DNA of 64,000 nucleotides from assembly GCA_965644315.1 (NCBI GenBank), contig CBFFRQ010000043.1, forward strand, positions 708,378 to 772,377, read 5' to 3'. Within the stretch, counting starts at the first letter, position 1, and each line of letters opens with the position of its first letter. The notes beneath the pieces are model-generated. The model worked only from the letters and a program-made list of their open reading frames with translations. It was not told the DNA's origin and did no database searches. This document shows positions 23,076-34,555 of this stretch, piece by piece. This DNA is from Caecitellus pseudoparvulus. Taxonomy: Eukaryota > Protista > Bigyra: Bicosoecida. A program made the translations under genes and the position numbers.

Positions 23076-24121
23076 CTAATCCTCCTTCAAGTCAAAGACC
23101 TCCTTCTGGATGCCGGCAGAGGTCATGACGACGATTTCCACGGCGTCTCCCGTGTAAATGTCTCGCTCGCCTGCCGTGATGAACGCCTCCTTGATAACAC
23201 GCACGGCCTCCTCTGGCGTCAGCTCAGGCGCAGCATCGGTGCGAGTGCGGTGGCCCACCAAGTTGTCCAGGAGGGGGATGATGAGCTTCTGCCCTGCGCC
23301 CTGAGCGGCGTACTTGACCTCCTCGTAAGAACCCACTGCGTCGTACGTGAACACCTTCCCGTTGCCCTCCTTGTCCAGCCCAGCCACGACGTTGAAGGCG
23401 TAGTAGGGGAAGAAGCGGCGACCGTACAGTGTCGTGCTCAGCATCTGTGCCAGGGCGGAGGCCGACATGTCCGAGCCGTGGTCGTGCTCGTACATGTCCA
23501 CGTGTGTGTGCAGGGTCTTGTGCAGGGTGGCCACGTCCGTCCAGCAGCCGCCAGTGGCCACAGCCACCGTATCATTGCTGCGTGAAGGGGGGGGTGACGC
23601 GAAGTGTGTGCCGTAGCTGCCGCCCACAGGTGCGACGGGCAACTCACAGCTGGGCGATCTTGGACACGTTGCGGGAGAGAATGGAGTAGCCCTTGGACAG
23701 GCGCGTATCGGCAGCGATCAGAGCGAAGCCCTTGCCGGCCAGTCCCAGTGCAGTGCTGTGCAGGCACAACGCAGGTTGGAGGTGAGCCAGTCCCACAGTC
23801 AGCACGAGCGCCACTGCGCCACGCACCCGCCGTTGAACTCGTATGGCTGGAACTGCGCGTGCTGCTTGCCATCAGCAGCAGTCCTGCGCAGTGGAGTGAG
23901 CAGGCAACGTGCGGGGGACCTGCTGTGCGCCCTGGCGTGGCGAGGCAACGTACTCCTGGCCTGCCGACAGCGGCACGGCACCTTCAGAGCTCCACAGGCA
24001 AGGTGCTCTGCGCACACGGGGCTTGGTGTGAGCTGACATCGGGCTGCCTTGTGCAGACACGCGGGGGCTGTGGGTCTCACCCTTGCATTGCCGTCGTGGG
24101 CGCTGCTGTGGCGGCTGCCAT
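23076..24121 (-). CDS. PSMB1: 20S proteasome subunit beta-6 (PSMB1/Pre7), spliced
   Basis: FQPYEFNGG, LIAADTRLSKGYSILSR, AQMLSTTLYGRRFFPYY, VFTYDAVGSYE, AGERDIYTGD; 5' exon approximate. Confidence 0.94.
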
Positions 24122-24594
24122 GACTGACAACCAGCGTTGAGGGGTGAAACGCCAGGCGGACCGGCCACGCACTGGCGAGGCTTGATACAGGCAGACCCAC
24201 AGAGGCAGACAGGGGTGGCGGAGGGAGGCTGATTAGAGTGTTTTGGAACGTTCAGCTAGCTTGCTGCCCCACGCCCACCCCTGGACGTGGCCATGCAGCC
24301 TGCAAGGGGGTCACAGCGGCGGGCTTTGCCAGCTTGCTGCAGCCTGCGGGACCCGTCAGAGCAGGCGCACCCCCCTCCCACCGGCCAGTGCCATTCGAAC
24401 ACAGCGAACCATGACAGACCACTGTGCTGGCCACTCCCCACGTGCCCGCAACTCGCTGCTGACAAGCTGTAGGCTGCCCAGCCAGCTGCACCATCACTGC
24501 ACCACCCCCGCCGCCATCAGCGTGGGAGCTCCCGGCACGCCAGCAGGCAACCGCGAGCCACTCCTGTCCTGCCGACGCCCGTGAATCCAGCAAC

Positions 24595-25480
24595 ATGCTG
24601 CGCACAGCCGTCCGAGCAGCCTCCGTGGCCTCCAGGGCCGCCACACGCGTGCCCTGCGTCGGTGCGTGGGGCGCTTCACATTCCGCACTGTGTTACGCCG
24701 CACCTGCGTTCGTGCAGGGCAGCGCTGCATCGCGCCGCGGGCGCACGCCGCCAACACCACTCCTTGCCTCACTGAGCATCTCCTGTCCCCCTGTGCAGCC
24801 CCCATGTCCACGGGAGCGACGGATGAGGTGATGAAGAAGCTTGGTGCAGACTACGGCAGCGCCGACACCTACTTCGACACTGCTCGCCAGGCACCCGGTG
24901 ACCACACCGAGAAGCGCGCCTTCACCTACTTCGTGCTGGGTGGTGCTCGCTTCCTGTACGCCTCTGCCGTCCGCGTCGCCGTCGTGCGCACGCTGGCCAC
25001 GCTGTCGGCCTCTGCTGATGTCCTCGCCTTGGCCAACTTGGAGGTGGACCTGAAGGCAGTGCAGCCTGGGGAGTGCATCACCGTCAAGTGGCGCGGCAAG
25101 CCCGTCTTCGTCAAGCACCGCACAGAGGACCAAATCGCCGAGGTGGCTGCCCCCCTGCAGGGCCTGCGCGACCCCCAGACTGATGCGGAGCGCACACAGG
25201 ACCCCAAGTGGTGCGTGAGCCACCAGCTCGCGCCCCCGCCTCTGGCCTCGCCCAGGCACACACGCCCCTCTTTCTCTCACACAGGCTCGTCGTGCTGGGC
25301 ATCTGCACCCACCTGGGCTGCGTCCCCATCGCCAACGCCGGCAACTTCAAGGGCTGGTTCTGCCCCTGCCACGGCTCACACTACGACGGCTCGGGCCGCA
25401 TCCGCCAGGGCCCCGCACCCCTCAACCTGGAGGTGCCCCCCTACAAATTCGTCGGTGGTGACAAGCTCATCCTGGGCTAA
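24595..25480 (+). CDS. UQCRFS1: Cytochrome bc1 Rieske iron-sulfur subunit (spliced)
   Basis: Transit peptide; [71 protein letters not shown]. Confidence 0.97.
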
Positions 25481-26237
25481 AGTGTCGCCAGCCAATGCAC
25501 TCCAAAACGCGCGCCCGTGGCCACCACGGCATCAGGCCGGCCACGTCCCGAGGAGGCCTGGCAGCCCAGCACCGCACCCTCAACAGCTGCCTGGGGTGTG
25601 ACTTGTTCGCAAGACGACGACGGCGAGAGGGCAGCCAGGCATGCAGCTGGCTGTCGTGTGGAGCCAAGTCAGAGCCCAGTCCTCGCCCCAGGTGCGCTTG
25701 CCAGCACACAACAGCTGCATGGGTCAAAACCCTCCCCCACTACACTTTGTGCCCCAGCCCGGCCCATCACAGCCCTGTGCTCCCCTGCTGCCTTGCCTTC
25801 GCGCTGCCGACCGCGCAGTTGCAGGCGTGTCGCTGTGCGACATCACTGTCTGGGAAGCCAGCGGCCTCCTGCCGCCTCCCAGGCTGTCCCCGAAGCAATT
25901 ACAGGTGCGTCAAGAGATTCGCTCTTGGTTTATGTTTTCATTTTCTGCTCGCACGCGTTACCTTGCGCGGCTTCGTTGTCGGTGCATGCTGTCAAAAGCC
26001 GCTGCGGCACCCATCCCCGCGCAAGGCCCCTGCAGCGTGTGCTCCCTGCGCCAGCCAGGCTTCGCGCCTGTGGCAACTCTGTGGCTGCCTCGGCGGGGAG
26101 GCGGCGCTGGCAGGTTTGGTCCCCCAGCCTGCACCTGCCGCAGAGGCGGCTTTGTCCCTGTCGAAGTGCAGCTTGCATCACCCCGCCCAGCACCCCCCGC
26201 ACACAGCCGCGCCACGCTTCCACCCGCAGTGTGAAGC

Positions 26238-27812
26238 ATGAGCCAGCACGTCCCTGCCTCTGGCATTGACCGAAACATCGCCCGGGCGCGCTTTGACGCA
26301 CGGCGCACGAGACGGCAGGTACCTCAGCGGCAGGAGCCTGGGTCAGAGGGTGGTGCGCCGTGGACTGGCTCCCTGCGCGACGAGGTGCCTGCGAGGCGGC
26401 CCGGCGCCAGCGGCGTCGACGGCGACTACGACGACGACGAGCTGGTGGAGGACCACGCCATCCTCCGAGCAGCGCCGTCCCGTCGCGGGGGTGGCAGGAA
26501 GGGGCCCGGCAAGGGTGACATGGTGTTCGGCAGCCACCTGCCCGAGACCTTCGACGACTGGCGCCGGGAGGGCCGCGAGAGCAACACGCCCCTGTCGCGG
26601 ACTCTGGACGCTGCCCTGCGCAAGTCCGTCGCCCAGACGTCCCCCACAGGGCGCGTCACGGAGCACACCTCCTACCGCCGCGGCGGTGTGTTTGCCGACG
26701 ACGCAGGGGATGCCGAGGACGGCGGCCTGGACATGGTGCAAGACGAGCTGGAGCGCCGCCGCGACGTGGCTCGACGTGCCCGTGAGTACTACTCAGCTGC
26801 CTCCAAGTACAGCGTGCAGCAGTCGGCCGCCCGTGTGGCCCGAGGCGCCCCTGCCGGCGGCGGCACCCCCCGAGCGGCAGGTGCTCCCCGGGCCCGGGCG
26901 GCAGACATGGCCTTTGCTGAGAGCGCTGCGGCAGGGGGCGGGCGCACCAGCGCCAGCAAGTTGAAGCTGGCCCAGGAGCGCTTCAAGTTGAAGATGTGGC
27001 GCATCACCAAGGCCTTGCAGCTGGCGGCGGCGCACAAGGCTGCTGTGCAGTCGGACAACGACCGCCTGACCGCCGACCTGGGCCGGCTCATGGCGGACAC
27101 GGACGCTACCACCACCAAGCGGTACAAGAGCGAGGCCAAGACGGCGCAGCTGTCCCAGGACCGCGAGACGACCCTGAGCAACATCTACGCCCGCAGGCGT
27201 GACCTGGACAACGCCCGCGCCTCCACCCGGACGTGGGCGGACAAGGCAGCCACGGTGCTGAAGCAGCTGAAGGAGGTGCGCCAGCGCCGCTCAGCGCGCA
27301 TCGCAGAGGCCCAGGGCCGCGTCAGCATGCGGGGCGTGGAGTTGGACCGCCGGGAGAAGCGCCTGCGTGGCGAGGCCCGCAAGCTGGAAATGGCCGTGGA
27401 CGACATCAGGGTGGAGCTCGCCCGCAAGCACGAGCAGCTGGCAGTGCAGGAGGCCCTGGTGGCAGAGGCCCGCACCATGCACCGCTCCCTGTCCCTGCAT
27501 GATGAGAACCGGCTGTCTGCGGCAGACGTGGGCGCCAAGCGAGCCGCCAGGGCCAAGGCAGCTTCCTTCCGCCAGCGCATCGCCCTGACGCAGGGCGAGG
27601 CGGTGGAGGCGAAGCAGCGCATGTACGCCCTGCAGGACGACATGCTGGACATGCAGCGCCAGTTGGCGTCAGGGAAGGTGCTGGAGAAGTCCAGCATGGC
27701 CCAGCTGGCCATGCTGCACATGCAGGACGGCACGGAGGAAGCAGCAGTGCAGGTGTCCCGGGCAGTCCTGCGCGCTCAGAGCCAGCAGGCGCAGCTGGAG
27801 GACGCCAAGTGA
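26238..27812 (+). CDS. Hypothetical coiled-coil protein
   Basis: 524-aa ORF with strong coding bias and a long heptad-rich C-terminal half. Confidence 0.75.
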   Translation: MSQHVPASGIDRNIARARFDARRTRRQVPQRQEPGSEGGAPWTGSLRDEVPARRPGASGVDGDYDDDELVEDHAILRAAPSRRGGGRKGPGKGDMVFGSHLPETFDDWRREGRESNTPLSRTLDAALRKSVAQTSPTGRVTEHTSYRRGGVFADDAGDAEDGGLDMVQDELERRRDVARRAREYYSAASKYSVQQSAARVARGAPAGGGTPRAAGAPRARAADMAFAESAAAGGGRTSASKLKLAQERFKLKMWRITKALQLAAAHKAAVQSDNDRLTADLGRLMADTDATTTKRYKSEAKTAQLSQDRETTLSNIYARRRDLDNARASTRTWADKAATVLKQLKEVRQRRSARIAEAQGRVSMRGVELDRREKRLRGEARKLEMAVDDIRVELARKHEQLAVQEALVAEARTMHRSLSLHDENRLSAADVGAKRAARAKAASFRQRIALTQGEAVEAKQRMYALQDDMLDMQRQLASGKVLEKSSMAQLAMLHMQDGTEEAAVQVSRAVLRAQSQQAQLEDAK

Positions 27813-27957
27813 GGGGCGCAATGCATTTGACTGGGGCGGGGCACATTTGCATGAACGCGCACTCCGTGCGAGAGCTTGGTGAGACGGGCAGGCAGGCAGG
27901 GCTGGCGTCCGTTCGTCGCGAGCAGGGCAGCGCCACACCACAGCTCCCAGCACCAAC

Positions 27958-29818
27958 ATGGCCACGGCAGGGGACTCCGTGACCGAGCACAGCCTGGAGC
28001 TGTTCAAGGCCCTCATTGGCCTGGCGGCGAAGCACCGGCTGTACCATATCTTGGACAGTGCGTTCCGGCAGGCACAGCCTGCGCCCAGCAAGTGCGCAGT
28101 TTGAGCACTGCGCCCGACCATGCCCTCGCCTTTCTCACAGGCTTGACACCGGTCTTGGCCAAGTTTGGGCAGCAAGGCCGCCTGCAACCCAACACCGACT
28201 CACACTTGCGACTGTCCATCGCCATCATCACGAAGCAGGTACGAGTCGGCGAGCAGGCGGCGTGCACGCTGGCGTTTCACCCTTGCGTTACGTGCGTGAC
28301 CGTTGTCGCGCAGTTGGACCCTGCGCTCAACGGAGGGAGGCCTGACATCCGAGAAATCATCTCATGCTTGCAGCGAGGAGTGAGTGCCTGCCTCCCCTGG
28401 CCAGTGCAGCCCAGTGCAGGCGTTCCACACGCTGCGGCCGGTCCCCAATCTCACAGCTCATGCAGCCTGACAGGGCACCGGGTGACGTGGCCATGTTGTG
28501 TGGGCAGCTGGCAGCTCGGTGGGTGGAAGTGATCCTGGACTCTGCCTCGACCTCTGGACACCTTGGCCGGAGCTCCGTATCAGAGCTGCAGTCCGCTGCA
28601 GCGCTGGTCCTCGCTGACGCGCATGACTCCAGCATGAATGCTGGCCAGCGCCAGGTGCTGGGCGCCCTGCGCACCAGTGCAGCCGCCTTGAAGGCACATT
28701 TGGACGAAGCGCAGCAAAGTGGCACCCTGTCATTGTACGCTGTGCCGTGCAAGGGCCCCAACGGCGCCCTGCTCCCTGCGCCGCCCTCCTTCTCCAGCCC
28801 GCGTGTGTGGCACGAGCACTGGAGTCGGTGGCAAGCCGACCTGCGCAGTGTGGCGGAGGACGTCCTGCGTCATTCATGCCTCCCCCCCCTCCCCACCCTG
28901 CTTGAGCGCGTGCGGGAGGTGGTGGCTGCCGCAGAGGAGGCCCTGCCCCCCACCACGGAGCTAGAGACAGCGTGGGCCGCCTTCCACGCGGCACACCCGC
29001 CCCCTGGCACCTCCACCAGCTCCCCCACGCGGGCCCTCTCCTTTGCAAACGTAGATGCAGCGCCAGCTGTGCAGCCACACGTGCCTGGCAAGGCGGGCAG
29101 CCCCATTGCCCCGCCCTCCCCCTCCCGGGCAACTCAGGAAGCCACGGTGAAGCGCAAAAAGCGCAAGAAGCGCAGCAAGAAGTCAGGGAGCAGCGGAAGC
29201 AGCAAGCTGACGCTGCAGAGCCTGTTCTCAGTGGGGGGCACCAAGCGAGCCCGAGCCCAGGCTGATGCTGGCCCGGCTCCTGCTACCAAATCCCAACGTG
29301 CAGCAGAAGCGGCAGCGTCCCCCTCAAAACCTGCCACAACGACGAAACAAGCGCCTCCGCCGCCCGCTGCTGCCAGTGCAGCGGTAGAGGCGCCCACGCC
29401 GCCCCCAGACGCTGCGCCAGCGCCGGCACCAGCTGCGGCTGCCCAAGCAGCCCCTCCAGCAAGCGTGGCTCAGCCATTGCCAGCTGCTGCTCCGTTGGAC
29501 GTGAGCGCTGCTGAGCGAGATGCGGTACTGCAGCACTTGGCCAGGGTGGCGCTGGTGCCAGGCGTGCCCTCCTACCGCCAGCGGGCACACCGCACAATGT
29601 CTGGGCAGCGCAAGCGGTGGAGCGAGGAGGAGGTTGGGCTGCTGGTGGAGGGCCTGCAGGCGTACGGCTGGGGCAAGTGGGGTGCCATCGAGCTGGAGCA
29701 GCAGTTCAGGGAGCGAGGACGCAACCCACAGGACCTGCGCACCAAAGCTGAGGAGTTGCACAGCAAGGGCAAGCTGGCTGAGCTGGGCATCCGCAACTTG
29801 CCGGCGCCAAAGAGCTGA
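27958..29818 (+). CDS. Single C-terminal Myb domain protein, TRF/telobox-like (spliced)
   Basis: RKRWSEEEVGLLVEGLQAYGWGKWGAI...GRNPQDLRTK; helical N-terminal region, basic NLS KRKKRKKRSKK, Ala/Pro linker. Confidence 0.72.
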
Positions 29819-30038
29819 AAGTGGCGCACTGGGCCAGGCTTGGGGGGGGCACAACCCGGTGGGCGCTGTCGCCGATGCAGTGCACAGGCAAGTGTGATGC
29901 AGGCAAGACATCATCAGTTTGGTAATCCTTTCCTGTGATTTGCCTTCGTGCATCTCACAAGTAAAGTTTTATCTGCAATGACGAAAGGACCCGCGACTGA
30001 ACCTGTATGAATTATACGGCGGGACTGGTGGACGGAGA

Positions 30039-31321
30039 ATGGCGACAACATCTTCCCCACCTTTCGGAGCTACCACAACGAAAGTTGACAAACCCCTCAA
30101 ACAAATGGCAGAGCAAAGCGTTCGAGTGTGGGCGCCAATCGGGCGTGTTCAGGCCTCCGATTTCCGCACCTCACGTTTTGAGCTGCGTGTGAGCCACGGC
30201 CGAGACAATGCAGATGAAAGGAAAGTGCCCCCAATGTACTTGACACCTGATGTGAGCACACCTAAACTTGGAGTCGCAGAGGGCGAGGTCTTCCCGCTCA
30301 GGCAGGCCGACTCCAAATGTGCCTCCCCCGGCAAAACCAAGTCGCGTCGTGCCGATGAGCAGAAAGGGTAGGGGCTTGATTGCATTCTGCTCGTGTTGCA
30401 TCTGTGCCTCCCTTTACCTTCCATAGCAGTCGCCCTGTGCCGCGCCTGCGACTGAAGAACGGGGCAATTTCCGCTCCACGAGCATGGAGCCCCTGCCAGT
30501 GGCAGCACAGGCGTCGGTGGAGGAAGCCTTCGTGCGTCTTGTCGTGCAAGTCCTGATGAGAGCTTGTCCCAGCGCACCCCGCCTGCCACACGCCTGCACA
30601 GGAAGCGTACTTCCTGGAACTGGCGGCTGAAGTGAAGGCCGCCCACGGCGCCGCCATTGCCAAGTCCCCCCTCGCCGGGCCAGAGGCGCAAAACGTGCTC
30701 ATAGGTGCAGCAGACCATGTTCGAGCCATGCTGCAGGCACATCCTGGCCTACTCACGCCCCAGGGGGCGCTGGCCGAGGACGGCGGAGCTGCGCCCATGT
30801 ACCACGTTGCCCAGCGTGTGCTGGATGACATTCGCAGCGCAGCCCGGATGCGGGAGGGGGGCACAGCGCTCCCAGCAGCGTGTGCTGGTCTCCCTGAGGT
30901 GCCTGCTCCTGCACACCCTGCTGCAAGCGGGACCCGGCCCAAGCTCAAGCGAGCTTTGGAGGCTGCCTTCGAAGCGGCTGTGCAGGGCGGCGCTTCCGTG
31001 GACTCGGCGCCTCCGCCTGCACCAGAGGTGAACCCAGAGGCCACACAGGAAAGTGTCATGGCCAAGCTCCAGGCCATGCAGCGCAGGCTGGTGGAGGCGC
31101 GGTGGGCCCCCGGCCAGCCCTTCCCGCCAGACATCGGCAACCCACTGGACATCTTCCGAGGCGAGACTCACCTGCTGCCGCCAGACTTACTGAAAGCCCT
31201 GCAAGGGATGGTAGGCTCGTCTACGGGTCCCACTGCGTCACAGAGTGCGGCTGGCCAGACGGCGACAGGCGCCCCGGACGTGATTGAGCCCGATGACAGT
31301 GAGGACGACGGCTGGGAATGA
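30039..31321 (+). CDS. Hypothetical protein (spliced; 5' structure uncertain)
   Basis: Terminal exon 229-aa ORF ending DDSEDDGWE; upstream GT-AG joinable segments. Confidence 0.5.
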
Positions 31322-31380
31322 CGCCTGACCTCAGCAGCCCACACGCGCGGGCAAAACTCTGACACAGGGCACAGAACTAC

Positions 31381-34300
31381 ATGTCTCTTTCTAATACAAG
31401 CACATACAGCGCCATGAGCGGCTCCAGGCGGCCCTCCGGGGCGGGCACCACGCGTGAGTGGAGGCTGGAGCTGCGTTGACTCTCGATTTCCGCACAGTGC
31501 CACCCCCTCCCCTGCGCCACAGCTGACCTGCAAGACCCTGATTCCTTCCTCACCCTCGTAGAGCAGCGAGACAAAATGTTGGCTGATGAAGCTGCTGTGC
31601 GTCATCGAGCGCTTTGCACGCGCCTCCAATCCCGGCCTTGAGCGGTGTCTTGCTCGGCGCCCACAGGCCAGGCAGCGCCGGGAGACCTCCAGACATCGCC
31701 AAGGACTCTATGCACGGCGGTTCCGCATCATCGGGTGGTGGTGGGAGCACAAGTTCAGGCACCTGCGCTTCGCACAGGCGATGCGGGCTGCCTTTCAAAC
31801 CCCGTCCCTGTACTCCATTCCACACGAGCAGCAGACCTACTGGCTGCCCCGCAGGCACTTCTTCGCAGCGTGGGCCTTTGCTGTGGACACTGACCCGGCC
31901 ATTCTCAGGCGAGGCGAGCTGGAGTCGTTCATGGAACTGGCCTGGCAGATGTTTGACGTGTCCGTGGCCGGCAGCGTGGACTACAGGGAAGTGCTGTGCG
32001 TCTGGAGCGCCGTGCGCTTGGAGTGGCACACGTCAGCGCAGGGATTCTTGCAGCAGTGCTTTCGCAACTACGATGGCGATGTCCGGGGGGGGGTGTCACT
32101 CTCCGACTTGCGGAGCCTCCTGGTCTGCCTGTGCACCAACGAGGGCGAAGCGCGCAAGGTGCTCGCACTCGCAGACTTCTCCCTGCTCCAGCCGGCGGCC
32201 GATGAGGCAGGGGACTCCCCCGCTGGTGCAGTCAAGTATGGCCCTGACGAGCCGTTCTTGCTTGGAATCGAACGGCACTTGGGCGAAGTGGAGGCCGCAC
32301 GGGGAGACCGTCGCCGGTTACGGGCGCTCGCACGCAAACAGGCACTGGCGACCCGCACGAGGCAGGGGTCAAGCTCGCGTGGGAGGGAAGTGGATGGGGA
32401 GCGAGTTTCCGTCGACCCCATCACAGGGGAGCCTGTCTCTGCGACAGCGGGCTCCTGGGTGACTCTGCGAGCCATGAACCGCATGCTGAACGGCAGCCAA
32501 GACTTGCTGCAGCACTTGGAAGAGCTGCTGCGCAGGCGCCTTCCCCCCACAGTGGCGGCCAAGAGAATACGACGGCAGCTGGAACGCCGGTGTGCATTGG
32601 CGGCTGAGCAGATCGCCCGTGTGCACGGCGAGCTGCGCCTGCGGGATGCTCTGCTCATGTGGTCCCACCAGTCCCTTCGCCGGTGGTTCAACGAATGGAA
32701 GGTGGAAATCGGCAGAGACATCATCCTCCGGCGCAAGGTTGCACTCCTTGCCCGCACGAGGGTCGTCCGAGCGTGGAGGAAGTGGGCCTACAGTGCTGCC
32801 CGTCAACGCGCCAAACTCCACCTCGCCAGGGAGCGGCGCCGGCGCAAACGCAAGCGTGAGGCTTTTCGTGCTTGGCGTGTGTGGCTCCTGACAGCGCTCC
32901 GCATGTCAGCGCTGCAGCATCTACGTGCAGAGCGCTCGTATGAGTTTGCCATGAGGGAGAAGGTGTTCCATGGCTGGCGGATGGCAGCGTTGACGACCAA
33001 GGCGTACAAACATCATGCAGAGGCAGTCGTCCGGAAGGCGCTGCAGGGATGGAAGCAAGCGCTGGTTGTGCTGCGCGAAGAGACTGCGTACGTTGACCCC
33101 GATGCCGAGGTGAAGGAGCGCCTGGCAGCTGGCAAGGAGGTGTTCAACATCTTGCGAGTGGGCGACGACGAGCCTGACGAGGCTGCCATTGCAGAGCTCA
33201 AGCGCGCCGAGGCAGCTGCTGAGCGCATCCAGGCTGACATAGAGTGGAGCCGGTTGGAACAAGAGGCCGCCGAGCTGGCCGAGGCAGCAGCGCTGGAGGC
33301 AGAGCAGGCCCGCGTCGCGGCGCTGGAGGAGGGCGCGCTGCGGCGCAAGCAGCAGGCGGCAGCCCGCGAAGCTCGCCGCGAGGCTGAGGCCCGGCAGTGG
33401 CGAGACGCGTTTGAGGAGGAGTGGACTGTGAAGTTTGAAGTTGAGGAGAAGGCAGCCCGGGCAGATGCAGAGGCAGTCGTTGCCCGGGGCAAAGACAGGG
33501 CCGTCGCGAAGGAGGTGAAGGAGCTCACGAAGACCCTTGTGGGCGGGCAGGCAGGCTTGGAAGAGCTCACGCAGCCGTTCTCGCACTTTTCTGTGAAGGC
33601 AGAGGGAGATGCCCACCTGCTCTTCACGCACTCTCTGACAGGGCAGCAAGTGTCCACAGCGGGGCTGCGCAAGAAGGAAGCAGCTGTTGTGGCGAAGGAA
33701 CACGTCGTCGGGCGCCTCGTTGCGAAGCACATGCAGACGCTGCAAGATGCCAAGGCGCATGCAGAAGCTGCACACGTGCAAGACCGAGCAGTGCGGCAGA
33801 TAGCCTCCGCTTGGCGGTCTTTCAAGTGGTTCAATGTGCTGCTGCAGCTCAGTCGCCGATACGTCCAGCAGCTCGTGGACCCAGACACCGGGGAGCCGTA
33901 CTACTTTGACATCCGCACCCAGCGCCGCTTCACACAGAAGCCTTCCATGTTCAGGTCCACAGAAGTGCAGCCGCAGCCCATGGCCTGGAGAAGGAACGAC
34001 CCTGACACGGGTGGCAGTGTGTACATCCTGCGCCGCGCTCCGTGGCAGCGCAACCCCACGCCACCGCCAGGCTTTCGCCTGTGCATGGCTTGCGGGGTGG
34101 AGTTGGCGGATCGGCGCTGTTATGGAGGGGGGTGTGATGGCTTTGCCTATTGTTTCTCCTGCTGGGCGAGCCATCATCCCCAGGACGACGCCCTGTTTGA
34201 GCACTTGGAGCACGTGCAACACGTGCCCGTGGCTCGGGCACAGTGTGCGCACTTCCCTGAACAGCCTGCATGCATCCAGACATGGGCCCCAGAACTGGCA

Positions 34301-34387
34301 TATGATGTGTTTTCCGAGGACGGCTTTTATGCCGCCTGCAGCGACGCTGGGCTGGATGCAGAGGGAGTGGAGAGCACTGACCTGTGA
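31381..34387 (+). CDS. EF-hand / Trp-repeat (SFI1-like) / coiled-coil / IQ / WW / B-box protein
   Basis: FDVSVAGSVDYRE and YDGDVRGGVSLSDL (EF-like); repeated xxF/WxxW helices; AVRQIASAWRSF (IQ-like); DPDTGEPYYFDIRT (WW-like); CMAC...RRC...C...YCFSCWASHH (B-box-like). Confidence 0.75.
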
Positions 34388-34555
34388 AAACGGAGCAGTG
34401 TCGCATGCAATGCAGCCCCCAGCCGTCTCGCCAACGAACAGACGCTGCTGCAGCTCAAAGCCGTCATGTTGAGAACGTGCTCCGTACCGAGGGGGGGTTC
34501 TGGGCTCCGCCACGATCCCAGGCGTGCAGCAAGGGACACCGACAGAGTGCCAACC

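Noticed and set aside
25911-25945. Hairpin CAAGAG-ATTCG-CTCTTG followed by a T-rich tract, like a bacterial terminator
   Set aside because: Eukaryotic context, 6-bp stem only, and it follows a GTGCGT donor-like site, so it is more likely intronic or UTR sequence.
29978-30030. Box C/D snoRNA-like motifs (ATGACGA ... CTGA) in an AT-richer intergenic gap
   Set aside because: No terminal D box or closing stem, and I could not match the putative guides to rRNA.
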